NCBI GenBank assembly: GCA_027923505.1
Contig: BROI01000011.1
Location: forward strand, 434,001-498,000
Direction: 5' to 3'
DNA from: Mayamaea pseudoterrestris
Taxonomy: Eukaryota
DNA length: 64,000 bases
The notes beneath the pieces were generated by a model. That model saw only the letters and a list, made by a program, of their open reading frames with translations, was not told the DNA's origin and did not search any database. This document shows, one piece after another, positions 24,601 through 37,756 of the stretch (position 1 is the first letter of the stretch; each line of letters begins with the position of its first letter). The translations under genes and the position numbers were made by a program.

Positions 24601-27600
24601 ACTGGTTGAGCGCTTGGAACCTTGCTCGGCAAGGCACTGGGAGCATCCACTGGTTGAGCGCTTGGAACCTTGCTCGGCAAGGCACTGGGAGCATCCACTG
24701 GTTGAGCGCTTGGAACCTTGCTCGGCAAGGCACTGGGAGCATCCACTGGTTGAGCGCTTGGAACCTTGCTCGGCAAGGCACTGGGAGCATCCACTGGTTG
24801 AGCGCTTGGAACCTTGCTCGGCAAGGCACTGGGAGCATCCACTGGTTGAGCGCTTGGAACCTTGCTCGGCAAGGCACTGGGAGCATCCACTGGTTGAGCG
24901 CTTGGAACCTTGCTCGGCAAGGCACTGGGAGCATCCACTGGTTGAGCGCTTGGAACCTTGCTCGGCAAGGCACTGGGAGCATCCACTGGTTGAGCGCTTG
25001 GAACCTTTGCTCGGCAAGGCACTGGGAGCATCCACTGGTGGAGCGCTTGGAACCTTGCTCGGCAAGGCACTGGGAGCATCCACTGGTTGAGCGCTTGGAA
25101 CCTTGCTCGGCAAGGCACTGGGAGCATCCACTGGTGGAGCGCTTGGAACCTTGCTCGGCAAGGCACTGGGAGCATCCACTGGTTGAGCGCTTGGAACCTT
25201 GCTCGGCAAGGCACTGGGAGCATCCACTGGTTGAGCGCTTGGAACCTTGCTCGGCAAGGCACTGGGAGCATCCACTGGTTGAGCGCTTGGAACCTTGCTC
25301 GGCAAGGCACTGGGAGCATCCACTGGTTGAGCGCTTGGAACCTTGCTCGGCAAGGCACTGGGAGCATCCACTGGTTGAGCGCTTGGAACCTTGCTCGGCA
25401 AGGCACTGGGAGCATCCACTGGTTGAGCGCTTGGAACCTTGCTCGGCAAGGCACTGGGAGCATCCACTGGTTGAGCGCTTGGAACCTTGCTCGGCAAGGC
25501 ACTGGGAGCATCCACTGGTTGAGCGCTTGGAACCTTGCTCGGCAAGGCACTGGGAGCATCCACTGGTTGAGCGCTTGGAACCTTGCTCGGCAAGGCACTG
25601 GGAGCATCCACTGGTTGAGCGCTTGGAACCTTGCTCGGCAAGGCACTGGGAGCATCCACTGGTTGAGCGCTTGGAACCTTGCTCGGCAAGGCACTGGGAG
25701 CATCCACTGGTTGAGCGCTTGGAACCTTGCTCGGCAAGGCACTGGGAGCATCCACTGGTTGAGCGCTTGGAACCTTGCTCGGCAAGGCACTGGGAGCATC
25801 CAGCGGTTGAGCGCTTGGAACCTTGCTCGGCAAGGCACTGGGAGCATCCACTGGTTGAGCGCTTGGAACCTTGCTCGGCAAGGCACTGGGAGCATCCACT
25901 GGTTGAGCGCTTGGAACCTTGCTCGGCAAGGCACTGGGAGCATCCACTGGTTGAGCGCTTGGAACCTTGCTCGGCAAGGCACTGGGAGCATCCACTGGTT
26001 GAGCGCTTGGAACCTTGCTCGGCAAGGCACTGGGAGCATCCACTGGTTGAGCGCTTGGAACCTTGCTCGGCAAGGCACTGGGAGCATCCACTGGTTGAGC
26101 GCTTGGAACCTTGCTCGGCAAGGCACTGGGAGCATCCACTGGTTGAGCGCTTGGAACCTTGCTCGGCAAGGCACTGGGAGCATCCACTGGTTGAGCGCTT
26201 GGAACCTTGCTCGGCAAGGCACTGGGAGCATCCACTGGTTGAGCACTTGGAACCTTGCTCGGCAAGGCACTGGGAGCATCCACTGGTTGAGCGCTTGGAA
26301 CCTTGCTCGGCAAGGCACTGGGAGCATCCACTGGTTGAGCGCTTGGAACCTTGCTCGGCAAGGCACTGGGAGCATCCACTGGTTGAGCGCTTGGAACCTT
26401 GCTCGGCAAGGCACTGGGAGCATCCACTGGTTGAGCGCTTGGAACCTTGCTCGGCAAGGCACTGGGAGCATCCACTGGTTGAGCGCTTGGAACCTTGCTC
26501 GGCAAGGCACTGGGAGCATCCACTGGTTGAGCGCTTGGAACCTTGCTCGGCAAGGCACTGGGAGCATCCACTGGTTGAGCGCTTGGAACCTTGCTCGGCA
26601 AGGCACTGGGAGCATCCACAGGTTGAGCGCTTGGAACCTTGCTCGGCAAGGCACTGGGAGCATCCACTGGTTGAGCGCTTGGAACCTTGCTCGGCAAGGC
26701 ACTGGGAGCATCCACTGGTTGAGCGCTTGGAACCTTGCTCGGCAAGGCACTGGGAGCATCCACTGGTTGAGCGCTTGGAACCTTGCTCGGCAAGGCACTG
26801 GGAGCCACTGGTTGAGCGCTTGGAACCTTGCTCGGCAAGGCACTGGGAGCATCCACTGGTTGAGCGCTTGGAACCTTGCTCGGCAAGGCACTGGGAGCAT
26901 CCACTGGTTGAGCGCTTGGAACCTTGCTCGGCAAGGCACTGGGAGCATCCACTGGCTGAGCGCTTGGAACCTTGCTCGGCAAGGCACTGGGAGCATCCAC
27001 TGGTTGTGCGCTTGGAACCTTGCTCGGCAAGGCACTGGGAGCATCCACTGGTTGAGCGCTTGGAACCTTGCTCGGCAAGGCACTGGGAGCATCCACTGGT
27101 TGAGCGCTTGGAACCTTGCTCGGCAAGGCACTGGGAGCATCCACTGGTTGAGCGCTTGGAACCTTGCTCGGCAAGGCACTGGGAGCATCCACTTGTTGAG
27201 CGCTTGGAACCTTGCTCGGCAAGGCACTGGGAGCATTCACTGGTTGAGTGCTTGGAACCTTGCTCGGCAAGGCACCGGGAGCATCCACTGGTTGAGCGCT
27301 TGGAACCTTGCTCGGCAAGGCACTGGGAGCATCCACTGGTTGAGCGCTTGGAACCTTGCTCGGCAAGGCACTGGGAGCATCCACTGGTTGAGCGCTTGGA
27401 ACCTTGCTCGGCAAGGCACTGGGAGCATCCACTGGTTGAGCGCTTGGAACCTTGCTCGGCAAGGCACTGGGAGCATCCACTGGTTGAGCGCTTGGAACCT
27501 TGCTCGGCAAGGCACTGGGAGCATCCACTGGTTGAGCGCTTGGAACCTTGCTCGGCAAGGCACTGGGAGCATCCACTGGTTGAGCGCTTGGAACCTTGCT

Positions 27601-30600
27601 CGGCAAGGCACTGGAAGCATCCACTGGCTGAGCGCTTGGAACCTTGCTCGGCAAGGCACTGGGAGCATCCACTGGTTGAGCGCTTGGAACCTTGCTCGGC
27701 AAGGCACTGGGAGCATCCACTGGCTGAGCGCTTGGAACCTTGCTCGGCAAGGCACTGGGAGCATCCACTGGCTGAGCGCTTGGAACCTTGCTTGGCAAGG
27801 CACTGGGAGCATCCACTGGTTGAGCGCTTGGAACCTTGCTCGGCAAGGCACTGGGAGCATCCACTGGTTGAGCGCTTGGAACCTTGCTCGGCAAGGCACT
27901 GGGAGCATCCACTGGTTGAGCGCTTGGAACCTTGCTCGGCAAGGCACTGGGAGCATCCACTGGTTGAGCGCTCGGAACCTTGCTCGGCAAGGCACTGGGA
28001 GCATCCACTGGTTGAGCGCTTGGAACCTTGCTCGGCAAGGCACTGGGAGCATCCACTGGTTGAGCGCTTGGAACCTTGCTCGGCAAGGCACTGGGAGCAT
28101 CCACTGGTTGAGCGCTTGGAACCTTGCTTGGCAAGGCACTGGGAGCATCCACTGGTTGAGCGCTTGGAACCTTGCTCGGCAAGGCACTGGGAGCATCCAC
28201 TGGTTGAGCGCTTGGAACCTTGCTTGGCAAGGCACTGGGAGCATCCACTGGTTGAGCGCTTGGAACCTTGCTCGGCAAGGCACTGGGAGCATCCACTGGT
28301 TGAGCGCTTGGAACCTTGCTCGGCAAGGCACTGGGAGCATCCACTGGTTGAGCGCTTGGAACCTTGCTCGGCAAGGCACTGGGAGCATCCACTGGTTGAG
28401 CGCTTGGAACCTTGCTCGGCAAGGCACTGGGAGCATCCACTGGTTGAGCGCTTGGAACCTTGCTCGGCAAGGCACTGGGAGCATCCACTGGTTGAGCGCT
28501 TGGAACCTTGCTCGGCAAGGCACTGGGAGCATCCACTGGTTGAGCGCCGGAAACTTGCCTCGCAAGGCACTGGGAGCATCCACTGGTTGAGCGCTTGGAA
28601 CCTTGCTCGGCAAGGCACTGGGAGCATCCACTGGTTGAGCGCTTGGAACCTTGCTCGGCAAGGCACTGGGAGCATCCACTGGTTGAGCACTTGGAACCTT
28701 GCTCGGCAAGGCACTGGGAGCATCCACTGGTTGAGCGCTTGGAACCTTGCTCGGCAAGGCACTGGGAGCATCCACTGGTTGAGCGCTTGGAACCTTGCTT
28801 GGCAAGGCACTGGGAGCATCCACTGGTTGAGCGCTTGGAACCTTGCTCGGCAAGGCACTGGGAGCATCCACTGGTTGAGCGCTTGGAACCTTGCTCGGCA
28901 AGGCACTGGGAGCATCCACTGGTTGAGCGCTTGGAACCTTGCTCGGCAAGGCACTGGGAGCATCCACTGGTTGAGCGCTTGGAACCTTGCTCGGCAAGGC
29001 ACTGGGAGCATCCACTGGTTGAGCGCTTGGAACCTTGCTCGGCAAGGCACTGGGAGCATCCACTGGTTGAGCGCTTGGAACCTTGCTCGGCAAGGCACTG
29101 GGAGCATCCACTGGTTGAGCGCTTGGAACCTTGCTCGGCAAGGCACTGGGAACATCCACTGGTTGAGCGCTTGGAACCTTGCTCGGCAAGGCACTGGGAG
29201 CATCCACTGGTTGAGCGCTTGGAACCTTGCTCGGCAAGGCACTGGGAGCATCCACTGGTTGAGCGCTTGGAACCTTGCTCGGCAAGGCACTGGGAGCATC
29301 CACTGGTTGAGCGCTTGGAACCTTGCTTGGCAAGGCACTGGGAGCATCCACTGGTTGAGCGCTTGGAACCTTGCTCGGCAAGGCACTGGGAGCATCCACT
29401 GGTTGAGCGCTTGGAACCTTGCTCGGCAAGGCACTGGGAGCATCCACTGGTTGAGCGCTTGGCACCTTGCTCGGCAAGGCACTGGGAGCATCCACTGGTT
29501 GAGCGCTTGGCACCTTGCTCGGCAACGCACTGGGAGCATCCACTGGTTGAGCGCTTGGGACCTTGCTTGGTTGAATTGATGGAGGGTTGCTTGGCTGCAA
29601 GGTAGGTAATATAGATGGCTCAAAGCTGGGTGGTAAACTTGGAGGAGTGCTTGGAGGTTTTGAAGGCAAGTTGCTTGGTGATTGACTTGGATCAGAACTT
29701 GGAATGATTGTTGGAGTTTGACTTGGTTGTCCACTGGGAATCGCTGATGGCATGCTTGATGGTATGTTTGAAGGTTGAGTACTGGGTGATAGACTTGGAG
29801 CATTAGAAGGTATTCCACTAAGAACACTGCTTGGATTTGTAGATGGAGCTGCGCTTGGCAAAAGTGTGGGGCTGAGGCTTGGGACTGTTGTTGGCGTCAA
29901 GCTTGGTGAAACTGATGGGAGGAGGCTGGGTGGAGAGCTTGGTTCATTTGAGGGGATGCTGGTGGGAGCCCTACTTGGCTGCGATGAAGGCACTGCACTA
30001 GGTTTCAAGCTCGGGAGAGTACTTGGTTGGCTAGAAATAGACGGACCAGAACTGGGTGACTCACTTGGCTGCAGGGATGGAAGTCCACTTGGGACAACAC
30101 TTGGGACATGGGATGGAGCAACAGATGGCAATTTACTTGGAAGCATTGATGGGGACAAACTGGGTAAGGCACTTGGTAGCTGACTTGGTTGCAGTGAAGG
30201 CAGTCCACTTGGTGCAAGACTGGGTTGAGATGATGGTTCTACACTGATGGATGGGCCAGCACTGGGTAGAGCTGATGGAATGCCACTGGGGTACAAGCTT
30301 GGTTGACCAGAGGGAATACCTGTGGGTGTTGTGCTTGGTTGTTGTGATGGGATGGAGCTTGGATTTGTACTTGGAAGCTCGCTGGGTTGTACTGAGATTG
30401 ATGGAGACAGACTTGGACTTGCACTTGGAATGTGAGAAGGAAATTGACTAGGTTGTTCGCTGGGAATTGCAGATGGTTCAATTGATGGTGAAGCACTGGG
30501 TGGTAGACTAGGAATCTTAGATGGCAATTTACTTGGGGTACTGCTTGGTTGGCCACTTGGTGGAGCAGATGGTGAATTACTTGGCTGCAAGGTGGGTAAC

Positions 30601-32972
30601 AGAGATGGCACAAGGCTGGGTGATAAACTTGGAGAAGTGCTTGGAGTCTGTGAAGGCAAGTTGCTTGGTGACTGACTTGGATCAGCACTTGGATGTCCAC
30701 TGGGACTTGCTGATGGCATGCTTGATGGTATGTTAGATGGTGGAGTACTGGGTGATAGACTTGGAGCATTGGAAGGTATTCCACTAGGAAGACTGCTTGG
30801 ATTCGTAGATGGAGTTGTGCTTGGCAAAAGTGTGGGGCTGAGGCTTGGGACTGTTGTTGGCGTCAAGCTTGGTGGAACTGATGGAAGGCGGCTGGGCGGA
30901 GAGCTTGGGTCATTTGAGGGGATGCTGGTGGGAGCCCTACTTGGCTGCAATGATGGCACTGCACTAGGTTTCAAGCTTGGGAGAGTACTTGGTTGGCTAG
31001 AAATAGACGGACCAGAACTGGGTGACTCACTTGGCTGCAGGGATGGAAGTCCACTTGGGACAACACTTGGGACATGGGATGGAGCAACAGATGGCAATTT
31101 ACTTGGAAGCATTGATGGGGACAAACTGGGTAAGGCACTTGGTAGCTGACTTGGTTGCAGTGAAGGCAGTCCACTTGGTGCAAGACTGGGTTGAGATGAT
31201 GGTTCTACACTGATGGATGGGCCAGCACTCGGTAGAGCTGATGGAATGCCACTGGGGTGCAAGCTTGGTTGACCAGAGGGAATACCTGTGGGTGCTGTGC
31301 TTGGTTGTTGTGACGGGATGGAGCTTGGATTTGTACTTGGAAGCTTGCTGGGTTGTGCTGAGATTGATGAAGGAGGCAAACTTGGGGATGATGATGGCTG
31401 TCTTGACGGAACATGGCTTGGTGTAAAACTTGGCCCAAATGATGGAGATTTGCTTGGCAGCAACGTTGGCCACCGGGAGGGAATTGAACTGGGTAATTCT
31501 GTTGGTTCAAGACTTGGCAGCTTACTGGGTGTCAAACTGGGTACAACGCTTGGTGAAGCAGTCGGTACAGCGCTCGGCAGTTCTGAAGGAAGCAGACTTG
31601 GTTGTGCGCTAGGACGGTTCGATGGGATGGCGCTCGGTCGATTTGATGGCGTGGTTGAAGGGGTAAGACTTGGCGCCAGACTAGGTGAGAGTGATGGAAT
31701 GGCACTAGGTTGTTTTGTTGGCGCTACGCTCGGAACTTGCGACGGACCGTTGCTTGGTGCCTGCGATGGTCCATTTGTTGGAGTCACACTTGGAAGCACG
31801 CTTGGGTTTCCACTTGGCAATTTTGATGGGACGTTTGACGGTAGTGTTGATGGCTGGGCACTGGGAGAAGTACTTGGAATCACGCTCGGCAGAGATGATG
31901 GTAAATTGCTTGGTACTAGAGTTGGCTGCAGAGATGGTAATGAGCTCGGCAATGCGCTCGGTGACAAGCTTGGCGTACGCGAAGGGGTGAAACTTGGGTG
32001 ATTTGATGGGAGAGACGTCGGTAGAGTGCTTGGAATCGAACTCGGCTGGCCGCTCGGAAGTGCACTCGGCAACAGAGATGGTGAAGAGCTCGGGAGTAAA
32101 CTTGGCGTTGTACTTGGTTCGATTGACGGCACAGTTGACGGTATGAGCGACGGCTTGGAGCTAAGCGATGGAGATGCACTAGGCTCAGTTCCACCTCCTT
32201 GCAGGGCGCGACTGAAGGCAGCTGTGGATTGTGATTGATGCATTGCGTTGTATTTTCTTTTCGCGGCGTCTAGATCCACTGCAATAGCTGTGTAAACTTG
32301 GCGTCGTCGCTTGGTCATGCTGAGTTGAACATAAAAGCACGACGCCTTTTTCGCAAACAAGCCAAAAGGATCGGCCCTCGCATCGACGCCGTTGTCTTTG
32401 CTTGCTAAATGCCGGTTAATATAAACTTTACGCGTATTTCTCCTCTCGGCATGATTCATGACTTGTCGATGCACCGACGGATGATTCCAATCGTTCAAAA
32501 AGTCGACGTCGGTAGCAACATGACCAAATTGATGGAGATGTTGATTGTGAGTTTCAAATTCGTCCAAAATAACGTAAATAGGTTGATACTGGCAAGATCC
32601 ACCACCTCGGCACTGGCGCAAGACTCCGTTTGGTTCACAATGACCTTGTTGTGTCCTTGGTCGAATGGAACGAAGGCAGACATACTTCAAGACGCTGCTT
32701 GCTTGCTGCGGCTGCTGCAACAGCCACCATGGAGGCATGCTTCGCTCATGTGTATTCAAAACAGAATCAAGCCTTTTATTAGGATCAAAGCTTATTTCCC
32801 TTGCTTTTTCCCATGCTTCTCGGCCATTGTAGGTGCGCGCTCGAAGGCACGACGCGTTCGAAGTGTTTTCCAAGTAAGGGTCGGTTCTCCAAAGCGGCGG
32901 CGCGCCAGGCCAGGCTTGCGAAATGCAGCAGAGAAGGAGAGTCGCAGTAGCGAGTTGGTTCAGTTTCGTCAT
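15651..32972 (-). CDS. Gene A: giant secreted Pro/Ser-rich mucin-like repeat protein (about 5,770 codons); four frameshifts in the array as assembled
   Basis: ATG 32972 MTKLNQLATATLLLCCISQAWP (signal peptide), Cys-patterned domain, RALQ, about 870 aa of degenerate PSxx tetrads, about 13 kb of 16/17-aa repeats, Met-rich segment, KxxK tail, stop at 15651. The PS frame passes through ORFs 27237..33113, 24355..28536, 20943..27236, 18812..23197 and 15651..18848. Start and stop are in the same frame (17,322 nt). Confidence 0.8.
16450..29570 (-). repeat. Coding minisatellite array A, about 270 units of 48 bp (PSALPSKVPSAQPVDA) and 51 bp (PSALPSKVPSAQPAVNA)
   Basis: Directly visible. 51-bp N-type units occupy about 16450-19420 and mainly 48-bp D-type units occupy about 19420-29570. 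The unit count is estimated from length. Confidence 0.97.
29575..31370 (-). repeat. Older ~0.8-kb internal duplication within gene A (about 29575..30405 vs 30565..31370; offset 966/990 bp)
   Basis: Near-identical alternate-frame ORFs 966 bp apart (30005..30217 vs 30971..31183). The peptide ...PSAGPSISVEPSSQPSLAPSGLPSLQPSQLPSALPSLSPSMLPSKLPSVAPSHV... occurs twice, and a 24-nt indel shifts the offset. Confidence 0.9.
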
Positions 32973-35900
32973 GATGGATTGGTATATGCTTGGCGGCGAC
33001 GACGATAGTCGTAGTCGAGTGTGAGATGGAAAAAAGTTGATGGCGCTGTCTGGCACCACACAAAACCTTGGACAGTCATTCGATGAGCGGAGTGCCGTGT
33101 TTGCTGGTGGCATCGATCGTGTTTGGACGAAATTTCTTTACTCTTAGGCGGTTCCAAAAATTCACAATGTCATTACATGTTGGTCGATCAAGAACGCTGA
33201 TGAGTACAAGGGTGAGCGGGTCAGTCATTTTCTCAGAAAATGACACTAACCCGGAAACTGAAAAGTCCAGCCCTCGGTTCAGCGAAGGCCCAAGCACGCA
33301 CGCTTGCTTCAAGACGACATCTTGGTGGAAACATGGATTCGTTTCATCAAGAAAAACCAGGCGAAAGTCCACCTTGATCAATCTCTATGTGCAGGAAACG
33401 GTGCAAGACGCTTTGTAACTGAGCGATAACTGAGAAATGAAATATGCTTGACGCTCGGTGTGGTCTTGCGCGTCGCTGTCGCACGACGTCCATTTAATCG
33501 ATTTTTTTGACACATTGCTGCTGCCGTTTAAGCGCACGATGATCAGTCGTTGTGGCCTATCCATTGACTCGACTAGGGGATAAGTATGTTAACTGGCAAT
33601 CTTTCCATGCAAAGCGTCATTTGCATGCTACCATCTTTGCTGTTTCCTTTGTCTTGGCAATTATCATTCATGAGCACTATAGCCACGCAAGTGCATCGTC
33701 AGTGTACACATTGAAACTGGAAGGCTTGCGAGCAAGGGCAGCAAACGAGCATCATGATAATTTTGCACAAGTAGAGGTGAACCTCATGCAGCCTGTTTAC
33801 TCAGAAATCAGAAAGCAGCTCCTGGCAAATGACGATATCGGTGCTCCAACTACCTGCACATATACGACGACGGGTGAACAATGCAACGCGCTGACTCGGT
33901 CGAATAATATTGATTTTGGTCAGCCATATGCAGTCTGACGAGGCAGACGGGCCGCAATATGTTGGCAAGTGTCGCATGCAGATAAATTCGATTACTTTAA
34001 GCCGCGTGCATTCATACTCGTATGCCATGTCGTTCGTTTCGTTCTTCGTTGCCACTAGTGTGAGGTGCAAACCGATCATGGCTGAAGCGAGGAGTCTTCT
34101 CGTGGTAACTCGCTGGTTCCGATGGATTCTATAGCGCCAATTGAAGCATGGTCAAATACTTATGGAGGCGTCGAATCAATCGCTTGGCAAGTGCCGTCCA
34201 GCACCTTGGTTATAGGAACAGGCGCATCGTCACAAAGCCCACATGTAGTCGATTCTTCAAGCGCCAAACTTTGACGCGCGTTAAAAGGAACTGAAAATGT
34301 GTATACTTCCGCTCCATCACGGCGCACTCTTCGGATCAAAAAATTTACAGTGAAACTGCTGCGAGGCGGACTGTGACGCCTCAAGTGGCTAGCCGATCGA
34401 CCGCACAAAATATATATGCGAGGGATTTTATGGCCAGCCTCAATACGCGCCCATACACAGTAAGAATGAACGGATGGGGTGGCACCAGTGTAGGCCTTTA
34501 CCATCGTCCGGTCGGTCGATGAGCCGCAGGTAGCGATTTTGGTTGATGAACTTGTTTGGCCGACTCTTCATGTCACCAAAGCTGTTGCTGACACTCGTAT
34601 TGTAGTACCGAAATTGTCGAGTGGTGTGCTTTGAATTGCTTGTACCGATCTGTCCCTCATCATGGGCTTGGCAAGCTACTTCGGCAACGAGCCTGCCTTT
34701 GGTCGCAGAAACTGGAACAGTGTTTGTTTGTAATGGTGCATTAGCTCGAACGAAATCCGTCACTTTGAGTGCTATGCCCTCGAAAATGTATTAGTTATTG
34801 ATTGCTGTTGTCAGTCGATGAGCAGCCTCTTCCAGGCGAGCAGGAGTCATTCACTCCATGTCAGCATGTCAGTGACTGTGCGTCCAGGCGTCAGTCTTTC
34901 AGTCAAAAACGCTTGCTGCTGTCTTAACTCACAAACTGGCTCACGAACTGGAAGAGTACGTGACGAAGACGGTGCTGTTGGGTGACCATGTGCCCATGGG
35001 GGTGCTGCCGCTTATCAAAGTTATAAAAAAAGCGACAACCATCGCGCCGCGAGTGAAGAGCCACGATTACTCGTCGCCTTTGACGTACTATACGAATCAT
35101 TGCATAACTATCGGTCGACTCGAATGTCATGTAGGACCTTTCCTCATACGCAATGAACATAGATCTTACTTCCGTCGGTTCACACATCGGGCATGTCGCG
35201 GCGTTGTATTGAGGCTGTGCTTATTCGCAACGCGAAGCTAAGGACGCCAGAGCTGAGATGGCTCAGTTTTTATTATTCAGTTTCTCATTGTTAGTTGTCG
35301 TCTTGTTCGTCCGTCCGATATCATACTTGACTGGTATGGGTGCAACTGCCACCTCGATTCGTCCAGAGTCGGGGGAGAGAAATGAATTCTTTTCCAAGTT
35401 AATCTCCTACTTCGCTGGAAAGTAAGTAACTCCGTTAAGTGACGCATTAGCAACTCCAACAAACAATATCGTTAGTTTGTTTGCGATGAGCAAATGGCGT
35501 CGGCGTGGAAGTAGGTGGGAGGTTTGTATTATGCTTGCCGAGCAGCTGTATGTGCGCCGGTTTATGTCGTTCGACGCGAAATTGTCGCGTTGTCGTGAAC
35601 ATACTATCCAAGTGACTGCGATTCTGGTCATTTAAAATACATGCGATTGTTGTGTGGTAGATCCTGAACTCTTGTCGCTTTTTCAAAAACTTCTGCTTTT
35701 CGCAAGGCGTGCAACGTCTGAATAAGTTTGCCCGAGCCTGGATTGCTGGTAAATGGCGCTGATAGCGACAGTCGCTTATGTCTCGGCGCTAAGCGATTAG
35801 TTGCCCCGTTTTACGACTTTGTAATACTGTCTCATTGGAACCGACCGGATTATGTTGCTTTCATTGCGCAAAAGCCGGGAAAACAGCGAAGTGAATGATA

Positions 35901-37668
35901 GAATGTGATACTCGATCAGCGGCAAGAGCCATCAATTCAAATCAGGAAATAATAACGAACGAGCAGATGCGGTGCTGAAAGCTTGGGCTAAATGCGTCCA
36001 TCTCGGATGGCATGAAGCAAAAATGTGCAAAGTGATGCGTAAAAAGCTGTCGCCGCATTTCATTTGCGCCGTCGCTCGCTCGTTCTTCTCGACCCTCCCA
36101 GATCAATTCGCGGCACACACATACTATTGGTGACGGAAACGTCTTCAGTTGTAGTAAAAATCTCAGCGACTGTCCCTCGCGTGACTGCTCCCTGTCGCTC
36201 CTTTACTTAAGATCAAGCACTGACGCTCAGTGTTTTCGATCCTGTCGCGGCCAATAAATGACAACGCATGTTTTCGCAAAGGCTGGCACATAAGAGCGAC
36301 CCACTTCATCGCTCAAGTGATGGCACAATTGATAAGGGTGTGTTGGTATAACGAACATGCAACTTGAACATGATACGTATAACGCTAGCGATTTCTTTGC
36401 GGTAGGCGAGGTCCGCCCTGGTTTCCGAATACCTAGACATGACCTTAATGGAGCGGACATAATCGAGCAGCCAATTTCGTCGCCACGCGCAGATTATGGC
36501 TCGGGACGGCCAATGCAAGCGTGTCGGCATGTCGACCTTCTTCGAACCGCCCTTCTCGCGTTTTGTCGTTCGCACAGGTAGACCTTACTTGTGTTTAAAG
36601 AGGTGTTGCGTTTTCGAAACGTCAGCGTCATCGTTACCATTGATTTATATTGTCCGGACACCATCAACGTCGGCGACATTTATTCAGACAGCACAAGGCC
36701 CAAAAGAGTTCGCTAACAGAATCTTTTCAGGTCATTTTAATTCCCTCAAAAAATAACGACGAGTTACATGAAGGAGGCGAAAACCTTGCAGTCCATGGTA
36801 CAGCTTTATACAGCAACAGCAGCAGATCAGAGGCTCAAAGAAGGCTCATCACGAAACGTAACAGTAAGCATTCGGCGGATGCTCTGTCGGCCAAGATGTC
36901 GCCGGCTAATAACGTCACCAGCATTGATGCGTTTCACATTCACGGAGCCATGGTGTATTGTATAGGTACATGTAGTCCGGTTAACACACTGCCCACCGAT
37001 CGAGGATGAGATGTGCTCAACTTATTTAGGAATCCACCATAGGCCTGGCAAGCCTTGAGAGCGCATCAGAATGTTTCACCGCACGTTGTTGTATGTCCCT
37101 TCCCTCTTGGCTTCGCCTCTTCATGTTGTCTCTGTCCGTATATCATCAACAACTGCTCAAGCCATGGCATGGTAACTCATGTTGATTGCCGCATAGTACT
37201 TTGCAGTTCCCAATATCAAGCAAGTGGCGCTAATCGAGGGAAGGGCGCATACATTGAAGTTACCCAATCCACGTTTTTTGCGTCGTTTTCCAAAGCCATG
37301 CTCATGCATTCGACAATTCAGTTTCTGCAAAAGCACGTTACTCGCTCGGCTTTAGCTGCAGAAACAATTTCTTCAGTCGGTTCGATGTAACGGCTACAAT
37401 CGGATTATAACTCCTCTTGCTCTTCCGTGCAAGCTTCACTTGCGGCGCAAAGTATTCCTCTGACTGGCTAAGCAAAAACTCTGGGTAGAACCGTACCTGC
37501 TGTAATGGATATCTGCAAGGCCTCAACATTTCCCACGGGCTTGACGTGTGACTCCAAAAAGCGCTGATCTTCCAGCAAATTATGAACCGCACACAGCTGA
37601 ACGACTAACACAAGCTACAGTACCTTGTCACAAGCCCCACCACAACGCGACTTGACTTGGTTCCAACG

Positions 37669-37756
37669 AAAACAAATCTTGGCAGTGTGCAGCGTACGTC
37701 AGAGGCGCCTAACAAAAACAAATCTTGGCAGTGTGCAGCGTTCGTCAGAGGCGCCT
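37669..37756. repeat. 46-bp tandem duplication (2 copies)
   Basis: aaaacaaatcttggcagtgtgcagcgt(a/t)cgtcagaggcgcct occurs twice; GGCAGTG starts at 37681 and 37727. Confidence 0.9.

Noticed and set aside
32973..33113. Upstream extension of gene A given in the ORF track (MPPANT...)
   Set aside because: The signal peptide and the similarity to gene B begin at MTKLNQ (32972); the extension is probably 5' UTR.
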